The notes beneath the pieces are model-generated. The model was given only the letters and a program-made list of their open reading frames with translations. It ran no database searches and had not been told where the DNA came from. From Lingula anatina (Eukaryota > Animalia > Brachiopoda): 64,000 nt of DNA. The position numbers and the translations under genes are program-made. Positions within the stretch are counted from its first letter, which is position 1. Every line of letters begins with the position of its first letter. This document shows positions 1 to 12,775 of the stretch, one piece after another. The stretch is taken from positions 12,090,001 to 12,154,000 of the forward strand of contig CM120646.1 of assembly GCA_051362555.1 (NCBI GenBank), in the 5' to 3' direction.

Positions 1-75
1 AAAACGCAAATTACATTCATTTTTTTTTGTTGTTGTTGTTTAAAGAAAGGAAAGACAGAAAATTGTAAAACTCAC

Positions 76-2179
76 ATCTTTCAGTCTCTTCATGATAACC
101 ATGCCGCAGCCTTCTCCTCTAGCGTACCCATCCGCGTCTGCGCAGAAAGCCTGGCATTGTCCTTTGGCCGACATCATTTTGGCACGACACAGGGGAACGA
201 AGTTTTCCGGCGTCATGATGAGGTTACATCCCCCTGCTATTGCCATTGTACACTCACCTGCGAGAGAAGAGGGAAGAAATTGGAAAGGCATTTATTTGTG
301 ATGAAAATATAATGGCAAATCACCTAATTACAGGTGTTAGCTTTCCAGTATTTATTGGATTATTTAATAAATTCAAACGGGCCATTTTTCTTTTCCATTA
401 CGCAAGACTCTAGAACGTTCTGTAGAATATTTTTCGATATCAGCTCAGATAGATTTGAAAATCTAAAAGAAAACCTGTCAAAATGTAGAGAAATATTGCT
501 AATATACACAGTTCATACATTCAAGACTTTTTCGTTTATCTTCTAAACAATTGTGCGACCTGATGCCGCATGACCTAGCAGAGGAAGACGTCAATTCCGC
601 AAAATCTAAGCTCCCCTTAAAATACTGTGGCAATACCTTGTAAAAAAATAATGCTGCTTACCTGTTCTCAGAGCTTGCGCGGCGAGATGCAGTGCCACCA
701 TAGCCGAGGAACAGGCCGTGTCCACACACAGCGACGGTCCCTGGAGGTTGAAGGTGAAGGACACACGATTGGCGGCAATGCTGTTGGAACTGCCTGTAGG
801 GGCGTGGTGATTGATCTCTACCAGGTCCGCGTTCACGAGGGCGCTGTAGTCGCTGTTCATGATGCCTGGAGTATTGAAATTTATATTTCATCCATCCCTC
901 ACTTGTCGAGTTAGAAGTTTATGGTCAGAGGATTTAATCCCTTATAAATCATTGTTTTATTAGCGACTTAAAAAACCTTAATTTTAATTACATATGTAAA
1001 ATTGTATAAAGCTAGTTAAAAGGAACTTTAATTTACGACCCTTTATACTGACAGTTAAAGAAAATAAGAGTTCCTCTTGATGATTCATTATTAGTTAAAC
1101 CATTTAAGAAGCATATTTTAATTTTACTATAAGTGACAATCGTTTTTTAAATAAAGATCCAAATTATTTAATTTTTAAGGTGTTATTGATGTAATCGGTT
1201 CATTGGTTTGAATCATTCTACCCTGACATGTATTTAAATTGTATTTAAAAAAGCCTTTTATAATTTTTTTATTCAGTTTTCAGGGGCGTAACCAGGCATA
1301 CGCACGGATGCACTGTGCGTACAATTTTTTGAGCCAACCATGATATTATTCTCCATTAATTTAGTGTATTTTTCAAGGAATATAATCGTACCTGGGAATT
1401 TTCAAAATCTATGCGTACAATTTTTAAAGGTCTGGTTACGCCTCTGGTTTTCTTCAACCAGCTTATTCAAATATGCTCACCAAGGTACACGCCCGTAGTG
1501 CTACCAAATATGTCCTCCCGAGTGATTCCTGCATTCTCTAGGGCCATATAGACACATTCCAGCACCATCGCCTGCTGGGGGTCCATACGCTCCGCCTCGG
1601 CGTCGTTGATCATGAAGAAGCGGTTGTCCCAGGCGTCGTGACTGTAAAATTTGAATATATACAGGAATTAACAAATCGTTTTACAATTGAACAGTTTCGT
1701 TCTTACGAGGATATTTATTTGACGGGATTTTTTGAAGTTGTTTTCAAATTATTTTGAGTTTTTTTTTTCAAATCTAGATACATAAACATTCCCCACAATT
1801 TTCTAGCTTAGTGATTATTTTACCTTCAAAATTTGAAGAAATTTTAATGGGAATTTTTATTTATTCATCCATAATATATGGATATATAAATTTACTTATC
1901 TACATATTTGTTTGTTTATTTGATTTGAGTATACAAAATACATTTTCATGTTACTGTAAAAGATACTCACTGCTGAACAAATGCCGCTTGCTTCACGTAA
2001 GATTTCCCAGGGGTGTCACGCCCAGGGTCGTAGAACGCGGCGCTGTTCCACCTGTCCTCGGGGATCTCTATCAAGTGGTTTTCCCCATTGACCAACACCT
2101 GCCAGAACTCGTCTATGTTGTTGGCCCCCGGGAACCGACATCCTATACCCACAATGGCGATGGCGTCGTCGCCGTCCAT
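76..2179 (-). CDS. Type I polyketide synthase (animal iterative PKS-like); 5' part encoding the N-terminal portion of the ketosynthase domain; gene continues off the left edge
   Basis: Exons 2179-1971, 1641-1481, 865-662 and 257-76 have GT-AG boundaries and consistent phases (2,1,1,0). They join to [32 protein letters not shown]...[38 protein letters not shown]...[38 protein letters not shown]...[15 protein letters not shown]. These are canonical KS motifs, including the active-site DTACSS. An acceptor near 2197 implies an upstream 5' exon. Confidence 0.93.
1281..1446. mobile_element. MITE in a PKS intron, 15-bp TIR, 5-bp TSD
   Basis: CAGGGGCGTAACCAG ... CTGGTTACGCCTCTG, flanked by GTTTT on both sides. 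Confidence 0.75.
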
Positions 2180-3276
2180 CGTGTTAGTCTGGGAGTCTAA
2201 AAAATACCCAAAATATAAACCTAAGTCCAGTAATTTGCTATGGTTGTACAATGTACATTATAGAGTTGAAAATACTGAAAAAAATTACAGATTGTCTAAT
2301 GTGGTGTCCAATTTAAATACGTATTAATAAATCTTTCATTTAAAATATAGATACAGTCGGATCTTGGATCGTGAATGATCCCGCCGCTTGTACTGGTACT
2401 GACGACAAAACCTGCCAACGCCCTCTCTGTTCACAAACGATGCTACTGGGAACGAATGAATTTCGCCATGGGCGGTCACGTGCTTGCATTGAGCAGTATT
2501 CACATGCACGCATCCTTGAACTTTGTTTGTTGTCCTCCCTTTTTTGCGTATAATTCTATAAGCTTAGGCCTAAGCTAACATGCATTAGAGTGGAAACGGA
2601 GAGCGAAATAGTACAGAAACTTGTGAATGATGTAATGATGTATGTGTTTCTTATCTTGCCAACAAGGCGAAATTGATATGTGCCGGGCTGGAGAACGGAT
2701 TGATTGCATTTCGATCGGAAAAAACATCTCCTTTAGCGAACATTTCGGTTCACAAACAGAGTCTATAAACAAAGTGAGTCTTCAACCCGAGATTCTACGG
2801 CAATTTGCTTTGATAAAACCAAGTGTTAAAAACACCGGTAAAAATACACACTGATGATTGGGCGCCCCCATTGAATACGGATAGCTACATTTTTCACGTA
2901 AAATCAACGTACTGTGATTTAACATTATATTAATACTTAAAGCGTTGATAACAACGCCCCTGCGGTTCGGGTCTGTCTCACAAACTATGTAAATATATCA
3001 TATGATGAAATACACCTGTTTTATTACACAAGAAAGTTAATAGCTTATGCAAGTGGGACACAAGATTTTATGTAGAACTAAATAGACCAATTTTTGTTCT
3101 GCCATTTAAGACCAATTTTGAGGATAAAAGATGATTCACGAGTAGGCTGTTGGTTCGTCTAGCGCTTAATTAATTAATTAGACTGGCTTCTCAACTATCA
3201 CAATGTCGTCTGTCAACCTAAGAGTCAACTGCGTGTTCATCTACTGCAATGCCGTCTGTGACAGAACCGAGGCGAA

Positions 3277-3430
3277 CTGGGCCCCATAACTCGAAAGAAT
3301 CGCGAATTGCGACCGACCGCAAGCGTCTCTATTCCACAACTCAGGATTTACTCGCCCCATACAATAGGCTCGAAATAAAGGGTGATATCGCTATTCGCAA
3401 TTCGCGATGCTTTCCATTTACGGAGCTTAG
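3277..3430. mobile_element. MITE family B, copy 1 (~155 bp)
   Basis: TIR resembles GGGCTCCGTAACTCGAAAGCATCGCGAATTGCGA; homologous, in reverse orientation, to 6146-6292 and 40418-40576. Confidence 0.7.
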
Positions 3431-5759
3431 GTTTACACGTGCATGTATCCTGATGTATGTAAGGAGTGGGGGGGGGAGGGAGAAACGTTAAAACAGTGGT
3501 AAGACTTTTCTGACAGAAGAAATCGCTTACTTCCGCTGAAAATGATGGCATTTTTATAGGAAACCCAATAAATAGCTATATATGCAATGCACTAAGATAA
3601 CCTTATAGTGGAGGCGCATTAATGAATTGTTTTGTAAGGAACGCTTGCCCTCAGCAGAGCTTGTGTAAGGTGAACAATAGCAAGGACGCGCAGGTCAAAC
3701 GTCAGTTCCGCATCCGTTTAGTGCAGGGTTTACAGGTATTAGGCGCACATTAAATGACACGTGAATTTTCGTTTTTTTTTTAAAGTACAATTGATGCAGT
3801 TTCTAGTTTACCTATGCGTAAAGATTTGTTTATGCAACAGAGTATGTAAGGGTTGCATATATAAGTTATAACAACACAAAACAACAACACAATACAATTC
3901 GTTGTTAAAAAAAAAACATTCTTCGATCTATGCAAAGAAAGAAATGTACTTGAACTACTCGCACAATACCATACACAAAGCTTAGGAGTATGTGGACAGG
4001 GCCGGGGTTAGGGGTGTACGCGCACGTGTAGCACAGGTTTGAACAGACCCTTTCACTTGGACTGACATAACCTCGTCCCCACCTACCCCCTGATCACAGG
4101 GTGCACTAGCGGTCAGTTACAAGTTAATCAGATTAGTATACTTAAACTCTGCATACTCTTTTAGAAGCCCCTGATATCAGAGGGTAGTCTCCCCCCAGGT
4201 GACCAGTCGCATAGGAAGCGGGGGGGGGGGGGGGGGGGGGGCATTCAGAAAAAAAAACAATTAGCGACGGGGACAGAAAGGGATAGAAAAAAAATTGTTA
4301 TTATGAATTTGAGTAGGACATCGATTGACTGGGGTCACGACCCACGACGTAATATTCTGATGATTTTTTCAACTACACATATTATTTAAATCCCTTTCTT
4401 TGGTCGAGCTACACGATGCCATTATGACTAATGTGGCTGAGAGAAGTGGGAAAGGGGGGTGAGATGGGGGGGTGTGAGCACCCCTCCCCCTCCCCTTACG
4501 CCTACGACCATGCATCAACATCGTCCTAATACCGAGCACATAATACTGGATCAAGTGGATTACTACAACTTCATTTTTAAAATAAATAGTTTACATACCT
4601 TATTTTAAAAACTGCCCACCGTCTATCGAAGTCAAGGGAAGATGGTCCTGTACCAGTGTGGTCCTGCAAAAAAAGACCCTCGCAGGCGGGTGCCACACAC
4701 ACACACACGCTGTCTTCAGGAGCTGCCGCGCACTTCCTATCACCCTGTGAATAATTTGCAAATCTGAGTAACAGCACTAGAACGTAACTAATTTTGCAAT
4801 AAATGCCGTGAGCTCAAAGGCCATTTTCATATTTTACAACGAACCGACTAATTACACTCTCGCTGATGTAAACGGTGTACAAATCTACACTGTACAACTG
4901 TAAATGAATCTCGTATATTACTTAACAGAAAAAATATGGCAAACGTAGCCTGTCACGTAAACACTGCTAATACCACACCAAAATAAAGAAATGAATAAGA
5001 ATACTATGCATGATAAGATTAAACGCGACATTTTACCTGAAACCAGATCAGCGAAAAACCTCCTACCCCAGGAAAACTCGATTGAGTAAGTGAGACTCCT
5101 TAATTTTTTCAGTGCAGACAGACGTCGCACGTAACCGCTAGGGTGCGCCACCGTCGCCAGGTGTTCATTTGTCTCAAATACCTGACCTTGCTTCGTTTCG
5201 TTAAGTAAGTGAACTTGTTCCCTTACAGCAGGGTCGGTGTCGTGTACTCAGGGGTCGAGCAGAACACTTATGTAAGGGTTACAAATATGTGCTAACTTAA
5301 ATAAGACTCTAATTACAGCTTCTAGCAAGTGACATGGGTCACGCTATGATTGTATTATATCCGAATGAGTAATTTAAGGCACAGAAGGGAAATAAGTGTG
5401 TAAGAGGCAGGGAATGCCCCATAAAAATGTATTTCTCATCTGGGGGCTTCTTTACATTTTTGCCATTGCGACAATATTGACCAATTTGCTCCTATAGGAG
5501 CATTCTGCACCAATAATTTACGTACTTGGTGTTGTTGAATTTTACTGTGGTCTCTTATAATTATATTGTTTTAAATGTTTAAAAAACTTGATTTACTTAG
5601 GAATACTTTTATTTATGGTATTTACTTTATGTATCGTGGCGATTTTTTTAAATAAATGGCAGTATTACTGTTTTAAAGTTTACTACTGCAGACGCGAAAA
5701 TGAAGAAAGAAATGAGTCAAAATAAATGTAGTTCCATTTTATAGCAGAAATGTGTGAAT

Positions 5760-5800
<41 letters not shown>

Positions 5801-6145
5801 TGTGATTTCGGAACCGACATTGTCTTTAACCCAAGTTGTTACATATTTGCCAGCACGTCAGAAAAGGCGAACATTTGACGAATTTGCGCCGGCCTAATAA
5901 AGGTTATAATTATAATGTTGCAAACATAAAGAAGCTTACTGATCCAACAGGAGCTATTTATGGTATTTACTTTATGTATCGTGGCGATTTTTTAAATTCC
6001 GAGTTGCAGTTTTACCGTTTTAAAGTTACATACTGCAGACGCGAAAATGAAGAAATAAACATGTCAAAGTGGATTTTAAAGTTTCCATGGCGAACTTTCT
6101 GGTAAGAAATATTATGGAACAATTACAAACACGACGATGCCAATA

Positions 6146-6292
6146 CAGGGCTCTGTAACTCGAAAGCATCACGAATAGCGATATTACCTTTTATTTCCAG
6201 TCTATTATATGGGGAAAGTAAATCCGGAGTTATGGAATAGAGACACTTGCGCTTGGTCGCAATTCGCGATGCTTTCGAGTTACGGAGTCCAG
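6146..6292. mobile_element. MITE family B, copy 2
   Basis: CAGGGCTCTGTAACTCGAAAGCATC...GATGCTTTCGAGTTACGGAGTCCAG; internal sequence shared with the other copies. Confidence 0.7.
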
Positions 6293-6569
6293 GACGACAA
6301 AATGTAACTATATAAGACCCGGGTGATATACGTCTTTCCTCCTGTTTAATTAATTTTTCCAGACCATCAATAACAAGTTAGATGTGACTGCTGGATTCAA
6401 CTAAATTAATTAAAAAAATATCATACCGTATTTTATGTGCAAACTGACAATTTTAGTTTCGGTATATTGATGCAAAGGTATGCGTCAACGTTATAATGTA
6501 TGTCAAAAGTTCATTTGTATTATGTACATTTCGTACAACAGCAAAAGGCTTAAATTGAAATATTTTCAT

Positions 6570-6804
6570 TTTCTTGTGCGCTTTATTTATTTTACGTTAT
6601 TGGGTGTTTCTTTTGACGTATGTCGAGTGAAATGTGTATCGTGTCCAGTGAGTGTCCACTCTGGGTCACAATGACCAATTTTGTACGGGTTGTTTGAGTT
6701 CAGGATATAAGAAGCGCATAAAGGTAGTTGACCCAGGCAGCTGAGGTCGTCCGCTGTCCAAACCTAGAAGTTTGTGCTAAGGGCACGTTAAAAATGTTTG
6801 TGTA

Positions 6805-6859
<55 letters not shown>

Positions 6860-7306
6860 CAGGGACCCAGTGTGACAAGAATGACAGTCCGCAATACACC
6901 GTAGTCGCCCCCCCCCCCCCATTACTTCGTACAGGTGGCATTCGTCCCGTATATTCCCCCAATACTGCGACTAACCCTAACCTGCGGTAATAAAATGGGA
7001 TCCCGGACTTCCTTTCATGGGACTACCATTCCTGTCATACAGGTCAGTAACCTGTAGTGAGTGGTCTTTTTGCGTAAATGTTTCTTTTACTTGCGCGCGT
7101 TATATATTTTACGTTGTTGGTTGTTTCTTTAGTCGTATGTCGAGTGAAAAGTTTATCGTTGTCCAGCGAGTGCCCACTGTTGGTCACAATGAACAGTTTT
7201 GTACGGTTTGTTTGCGTTCATGATTAAGGAGGGAATAAAGGTAGCTGACTCGGGCAGCTTAGGCCAAACCTGGAAGTTTGTCTTCAGGACACGTTAAAAG
7301 AGTGCA

Positions 7307-7354
<48 letters not shown>

Positions 7355-7590
7355 TGACAGGGGACCCAGAGTGACATGTATGGTTGTCCGCTAGACACCG
7401 TAGTCTGTTCCGCATTACTTTGTACAGGTGGCATTCGCCCCATATTCTACTCCAATACTCCGACTAACCCTAACCTGTGCTAATCGTGTTGGACCTTAGA
7501 TTTCCATTCCTGGGACTACCATTCCTTCCACACCTGTCAGTAACAAGTAGCCTAATGAGTGGTCTTCTTGCGTAAAGGTTTCATATCCCA
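6570..7590. repeat. Diverged ~510-bp tandem duplication, each unit carrying (GT)n
   Basis: 6570-7084 aligns collinearly with 7085-7590 (GTATGTCGAGTGAAA, GGTCACAATGA, GGGACCCAG, CAGGTGGCATTCG, CGACTAACCCTAACCTG, GGGACTACCATTCC); a partial third end lies at 7740-7785. Confidence 0.85.
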
Positions 7591-9388
7591 ACACACTGAA
7601 AATTTGGAACTTAAAGAGGGCACTCACATTTCAGTGCAAGTTATTTGTTAAATGCTACTTCAGTGAATGGTTCAATGAATGCACGCATGCATAATCTCAT
7701 ACATGAGCCATTTTCTTTTATTTCTTTGGAATTTACTTGAACCTGTAGCGAGCGGGCCATCTTGCGTAAGGGTTTCATATCCATGACCTTCTTCAGACTC
7801 GAGCGGCCAAATGGCCATTTTTAAAATTCAATAATTTTTTTAAATTTCATTACATATCTGTTTTTAACAATTTTCTGGTAATAATCGTGATGACATTAAG
7901 GAAAAAAGACCTGCAGCATGTCTTTGCTAGTCCTCTTTGTCTTTCATTGGCACATAAAATGTAACGGTAACTCATAAAACTGCCTAGGTGCGTATGATTT
8001 TGATTTGCAAACTGGCTGTCCGTAAATTATATCGGTGGTAATTTTTTAAAATCTCGTTTCAAACTGGGACTCATGAATGATCGTTCCTCAGTTAAATGCT
8101 CGTTTGACTTGACGCGAAGTCTTTTCTCAATCTTGAAATCACAAAATCCCGAAGTCTTTGCCCCCTTTCGTTCTCTCGTTTAGCTAAGTGTAAGCATATT
8201 TTGCATTCAAGTGCCTTTAGAATCTTCTATTCTTTTTTCCCTGAATAAGCGATAACCAAAACAACACAATTAATTGGATTTTTAATTTTTTTTTTTTATT
8301 CTATACTACAGGATCTCGGACCACACAGGTGTCCTTGGGGTCCCGATTCCAAGAAAGATGTGAGTGCTGTGAAACGTAATTACGCAGAATTGTACGTACA
8401 AAAATTTATACGGAGTTCGGTTAATACTTCTTTGAGCTTGCAGACAATCTCGGCAACCAGAGGTAGTCCGTCTTCATAAATTTTGATTCACGAAGAAATC
8501 CATTCGTTCTTGTCCTGTTGATTTTCAGGTAATCCAGATTGCATTATCGAACAGAACTTGGACTATCCCGACATTTTTCTTTCCAAATCTACATGTCCAT
8601 TTTGCTTCCATACAATACTCAAGGTTAGAGATATGATTCGTGGTTTTGATGGTAAACAAAGTTGCACTTAATGGCACAAGCAAGCATGAAGGTTGAAAGA
8701 CACGGAATATCTAAATATAAATGAATGCATGTAAACTAAATAATACCATTAAAAGCACTATTATAATATATATATAATATTTTATAAAATAATGTATATG
8801 TATATAACCCGCTAGAGCATGACGCAACATACCAAACGCAAACGCTTCTGTTTAAGGTAGAGATATAATGTGATAATGATAATGATAATAAGGTTAAAAT
8901 AGACACGCACACTCAGGGAGATAGATAACACAGCCTGGGCGGCGTGGGGGAGTTAAAAAACCATGACCCACTCTTTGGGCGTCAGGATCTGATGTCACCT
9001 AAGGTAACGGCTAACGGAAAACCGTTAGAGCACCGAAAGCGCAGAGCACCGAAAGAACAAACGAATGTTCAGTGGATGGTTGCATGTATTGATGTCGATT
9101 TCACGGGAACGAGCTACCGGTCAGCAGCGTTTTTAAGCAGTCCGTTTCCATGGAAGACAATAGCACACACATCGTATTTGGACTCCCCCACGCCGGGGCG
9201 TGAAAGACTAGTAATAGTCGGCATCTAGAATAACATTCATATAGCATATCAGCAATATATATTGGATAACAGTGTCTCAGTTATTTCGAAAGGGTACTTC
9301 ATATGAAGCACCAAAGCTCTACAGATGCTAATAGCGTCGCACAGTTCACAGCATCATCAGTGGTTGGGATGAAGGTCCCGATCTTCGT

Positions 9389-9841
9389 TCATTCGTCCGT
9401 GGAAAAGGCGTTGCCCAATTCAAATCCAAGTTCGTCCAGATATATGTAGGTCTGTAGCCAGCAGTTTCAAAGTAAGGGTGGGGGAGGAGGACCCTTTTGT
9501 CTGAGATTTTTTTTGTGCTCCATTATTTCATTCAAATTGAGAAATGACAAATACCCTAGTTCGAATATGTTCTTTTTCGGCCAAAACAGCGTCTCTTTCG
9601 TCTCCCCCCTCTCCCCGGTCTTGGAGCCAGTTACTCGCTCTCTCCAGCCGCGGTGTAGGCCGGGGGCAGCTCCATGTGGACTTTATGAGTTGGGCTAAGG
9701 TCGGACATCTGCGTCTCCTTCCCCTGGGTCGGCCACTGGAAAAGATCGATCAAATTTATTTGGTGAATTCATGCAAATGTAAAAAAAATCATTTTCAGCA
9801 TTTTTCTTGTTTATTTGGCTAGGCTTTTATAGAAGAAATGT

Positions 9842-9900
<59 letters not shown>

Positions 9901-12721
9901 CGATTTCGGATCCGGCATTGTCTTTACCCTCAAGTTGTTACATATTTGCCAGCACGTCAGAAAAGGTGAACATTTTACCAATTTGCGCCGCCCTAATAAA
10001 GGCTATAATTATTATGTTGCAAACGTCAAGATACTTACCGGTCCAATAGGAGCTAAGACGGTTTCCTTTGCGGACTTGGCGAAAATCATGATGTAGATGA
10101 CACCAACCGCCATGGTCAGCACGTCAATTAGGACACGAACGTACTGGAATTGAAACAAAACAACACTGAATTAAATATTTTAAAACATATTTGTCTTGAA
10201 CATTGACACACACACACATATGGGTGGAATGACGGAAGGGGTTTCTATACTTGTCAAGATTTGACGTTTTTGTATGAAGGGAAGTACATATGAATTTCCT
10301 TTTTCCTGGGAAAGGTAATACTAATCTTAAAAAAATGTTAAAGTTCCATGCATAAGTCTATACTTACGGCCATGTCCGGATAGTGGTAGTGGAAAGGCCA
10401 GTCAGATGTGTCGACGGCTGGACCGTTGATGGTACTTGCGTTCTGGATTGGAGCGGCCGTGGCGTTCACGTTATGCAACAACACATTCTTTATCGTGGTG
10501 GTGGGAGGCTGTAGTGAAATAAAATATAACATGAACTGAGTGTAATTTTTGCATATCCATTTTCCCGAATATGTTCAATTCAATTCAGCCCGGTTGCGGA
10601 TTTGTACATCCGTGAGGTGTTTTTGTCTGTGGTTATAGAAATAAATGGATAGCATTAAAAAGTTTAAATTATACCGTTTGTTTTCCGGCAGGCCGATCGG
10701 AGCCGTGTCTAGGTCGATTGCGTGGGAATTCACTCTATTCACTCAAAGTTGGAAAGAGTGTTTTAACAAATGAAAATAGAAATGGGCTGTTTTATTCCGC
10801 CGTCTCAGGCACGTTTGAATTCGCAAGAAAGGGAGAATGGCCAAACAGAAAACACGTGCAATTTTCTTTTTGCCGGTGCGAATCCATTTTTTAATGTTCT
10901 ATCCAGCCTGACGATAGACCTGTAGGAAATGCATGATTACAAAATAAAACATAAGTAAAAATAAGTGGACATTTCATTTTCTCCAAATAATTATTTCATT
11001 TAATCCAAGGGGTTAATTTCTCTTTAATTATACTCACTGCGATAGTGGTAGTGGCGTTGCGGTTGGCAGCATTAATAGCTGCAATTCTCCTAGAGTCGCT
11101 GTATGTGTCTTTACCTGTAATAAGAAATGCTTGAGTCAGTGAACGATGAAGGCGAACAGAAAAATAGATATTACGAGACGTGACATAATAACATCAGCCC
11201 GAGCATAGAGCGCGTAAGGGATTGAAACATTGCCAAAGTTTACATACATGAACAGAACAATGGTTAAACAAAGTCTGTTATTGTATTGAAATATTATAAC
11301 ACGGGCCTGTTTTTACCAGTAAACAAATAAAGAATACGAATGGCTAATAATGCATTTACTCAAGTTTCCTTACCTCCAAACCCAGTAAGGAGTAGGGCGC
11401 AGATAAACGACAAACCGGCAAGTCCTTGGTAGATGCGTTTCTGAAAAGAGAAGAGTCTCTTCTATACACTCCAACAGGAATGACATTGTAGTTCTGAATT
11501 TTCCAATAGTCGAAAAACCCTTAATAATTCTATAATCTCTCACACTAATAGCGGTGTGTTTTTGGATCTATCGAAAGTCGAGAAAACCTTAGATAAAAAT
11601 CGACATAAGAAGACGTAATCATTCCTATTTTATAAAAGTAACGGTAAGACTTACCGATCTGGTGGTCTTGTATCTCTTCCTAGCAAAGGTCCCTGCTATA
11701 ATCATCTAATAGAGAAAATCAATTTTATTAGACATATCGTTTCGGTCACCTTATATAGTATTGAATTATGAATAACACTAAATTAAAACAATTAATACAC
11801 TGACAATGACACAAGTGACTATTGATAGTAGCCTTTTATCTTTTAGGATCTAGAAGAGGTGATTGAAAAATATTTTGGTGGAGGGATGGGGGGGGGGGTC
11901 AATTTTACCACTTCTACCCTTTAATTTATCGGATTGTTTGTCTTATACAAAGTAATAAAGTAAAACGTAATAAGTCCGCACTAAGTCTGGGTTTAGGGTC
12001 ATCCATAATTATCGCCATTTTCTCAAGACTTCAAATAACCCATTTTTTCACGACCGCCGCCAACCCCTTCAGAGAGTACAGGGTAGAAAACTAATTGATC
12101 ATGACATATGGCAGCACTTTGGATAAACATTTTTATTATTGTTCGAAAGCGTAAATAATGCAATACCCACCCCCACCCCCACCCCCGTACGGTTTCCACA
12201 CTGAAAATGATAATAAAAATGGGTTGACCCCTAAGCAAAGCCTGTTTAGCCCCAACCGGTGAGACTGAACACTTACACAAATGCCTCCCCAGATGCCGAC
12301 GCCGGTCTTGGAGTAGCCGGTCATGAAGCCCACTGCTATCCCTCCAACGGCACAAGAAATGCCGCCCAACACCATCTGAGCCCAGGCGTACCTGGAGGGT
12401 TAGAAAAATATACAAAATCAGCACATTAAGAAAAAAGGCTAAAGCTGAAAGCTATCTATGCCTAATATCTAAAACATTTATGAAGAATACATGTCGCATT
12501 CGGTGCAACTTGTTTAAAAAGGCAACGTATTTTCTGGTAAGAGAATTTAGGATTTATATCCACAATGGAACCGGTACAAGGCATTTTATACGTTTTAGTT
12601 TTGTAATGATGATGCATCAATAAACAGGTCCACAAATCACTGTATTTCGACGAACATTTTGCTGCAGGTGTGTGTGTGTATGTGTGTGTGTGTGGGGGGG
12701 GGGGCGCACGCGCGTGTGTGT

Positions 12722-12775
<54 letters not shown>

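Noticed and set aside
76-2179. PKS as bacterial contamination or recent horizontal transfer
   Set aside because: It has spliceosomal GT-AG introns and a host-type MITE, and is contiguous with unc80.
3551-3582. TATAAAAA / TATATA as the PKS TATA box
   Set aside because: Spacing to the nearby Inr-like sequence and to the donor at 3530 does not fit, and such motifs are frequent in AT-rich DNA.
4918-5151. Minus-strand ORF with a donor at 5037 as an N-terminal extension of the PKS
   Set aside because: It would splice in frame (a 1-in-3 chance), but has no ATG and no recognisable homology; at most a 5'UTR exon.
6971-6983. CTAACCCTAACC as an interstitial telomere
   Set aside because: Only about two units, embedded in a duplicated block.
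6700-6990. HTHT/CVCV ORFs and similar poly-L, poly-I, poly-G and poly-P ORFs elsewhere
   Set aside because: Translations of microsatellites and homopolymer runs.
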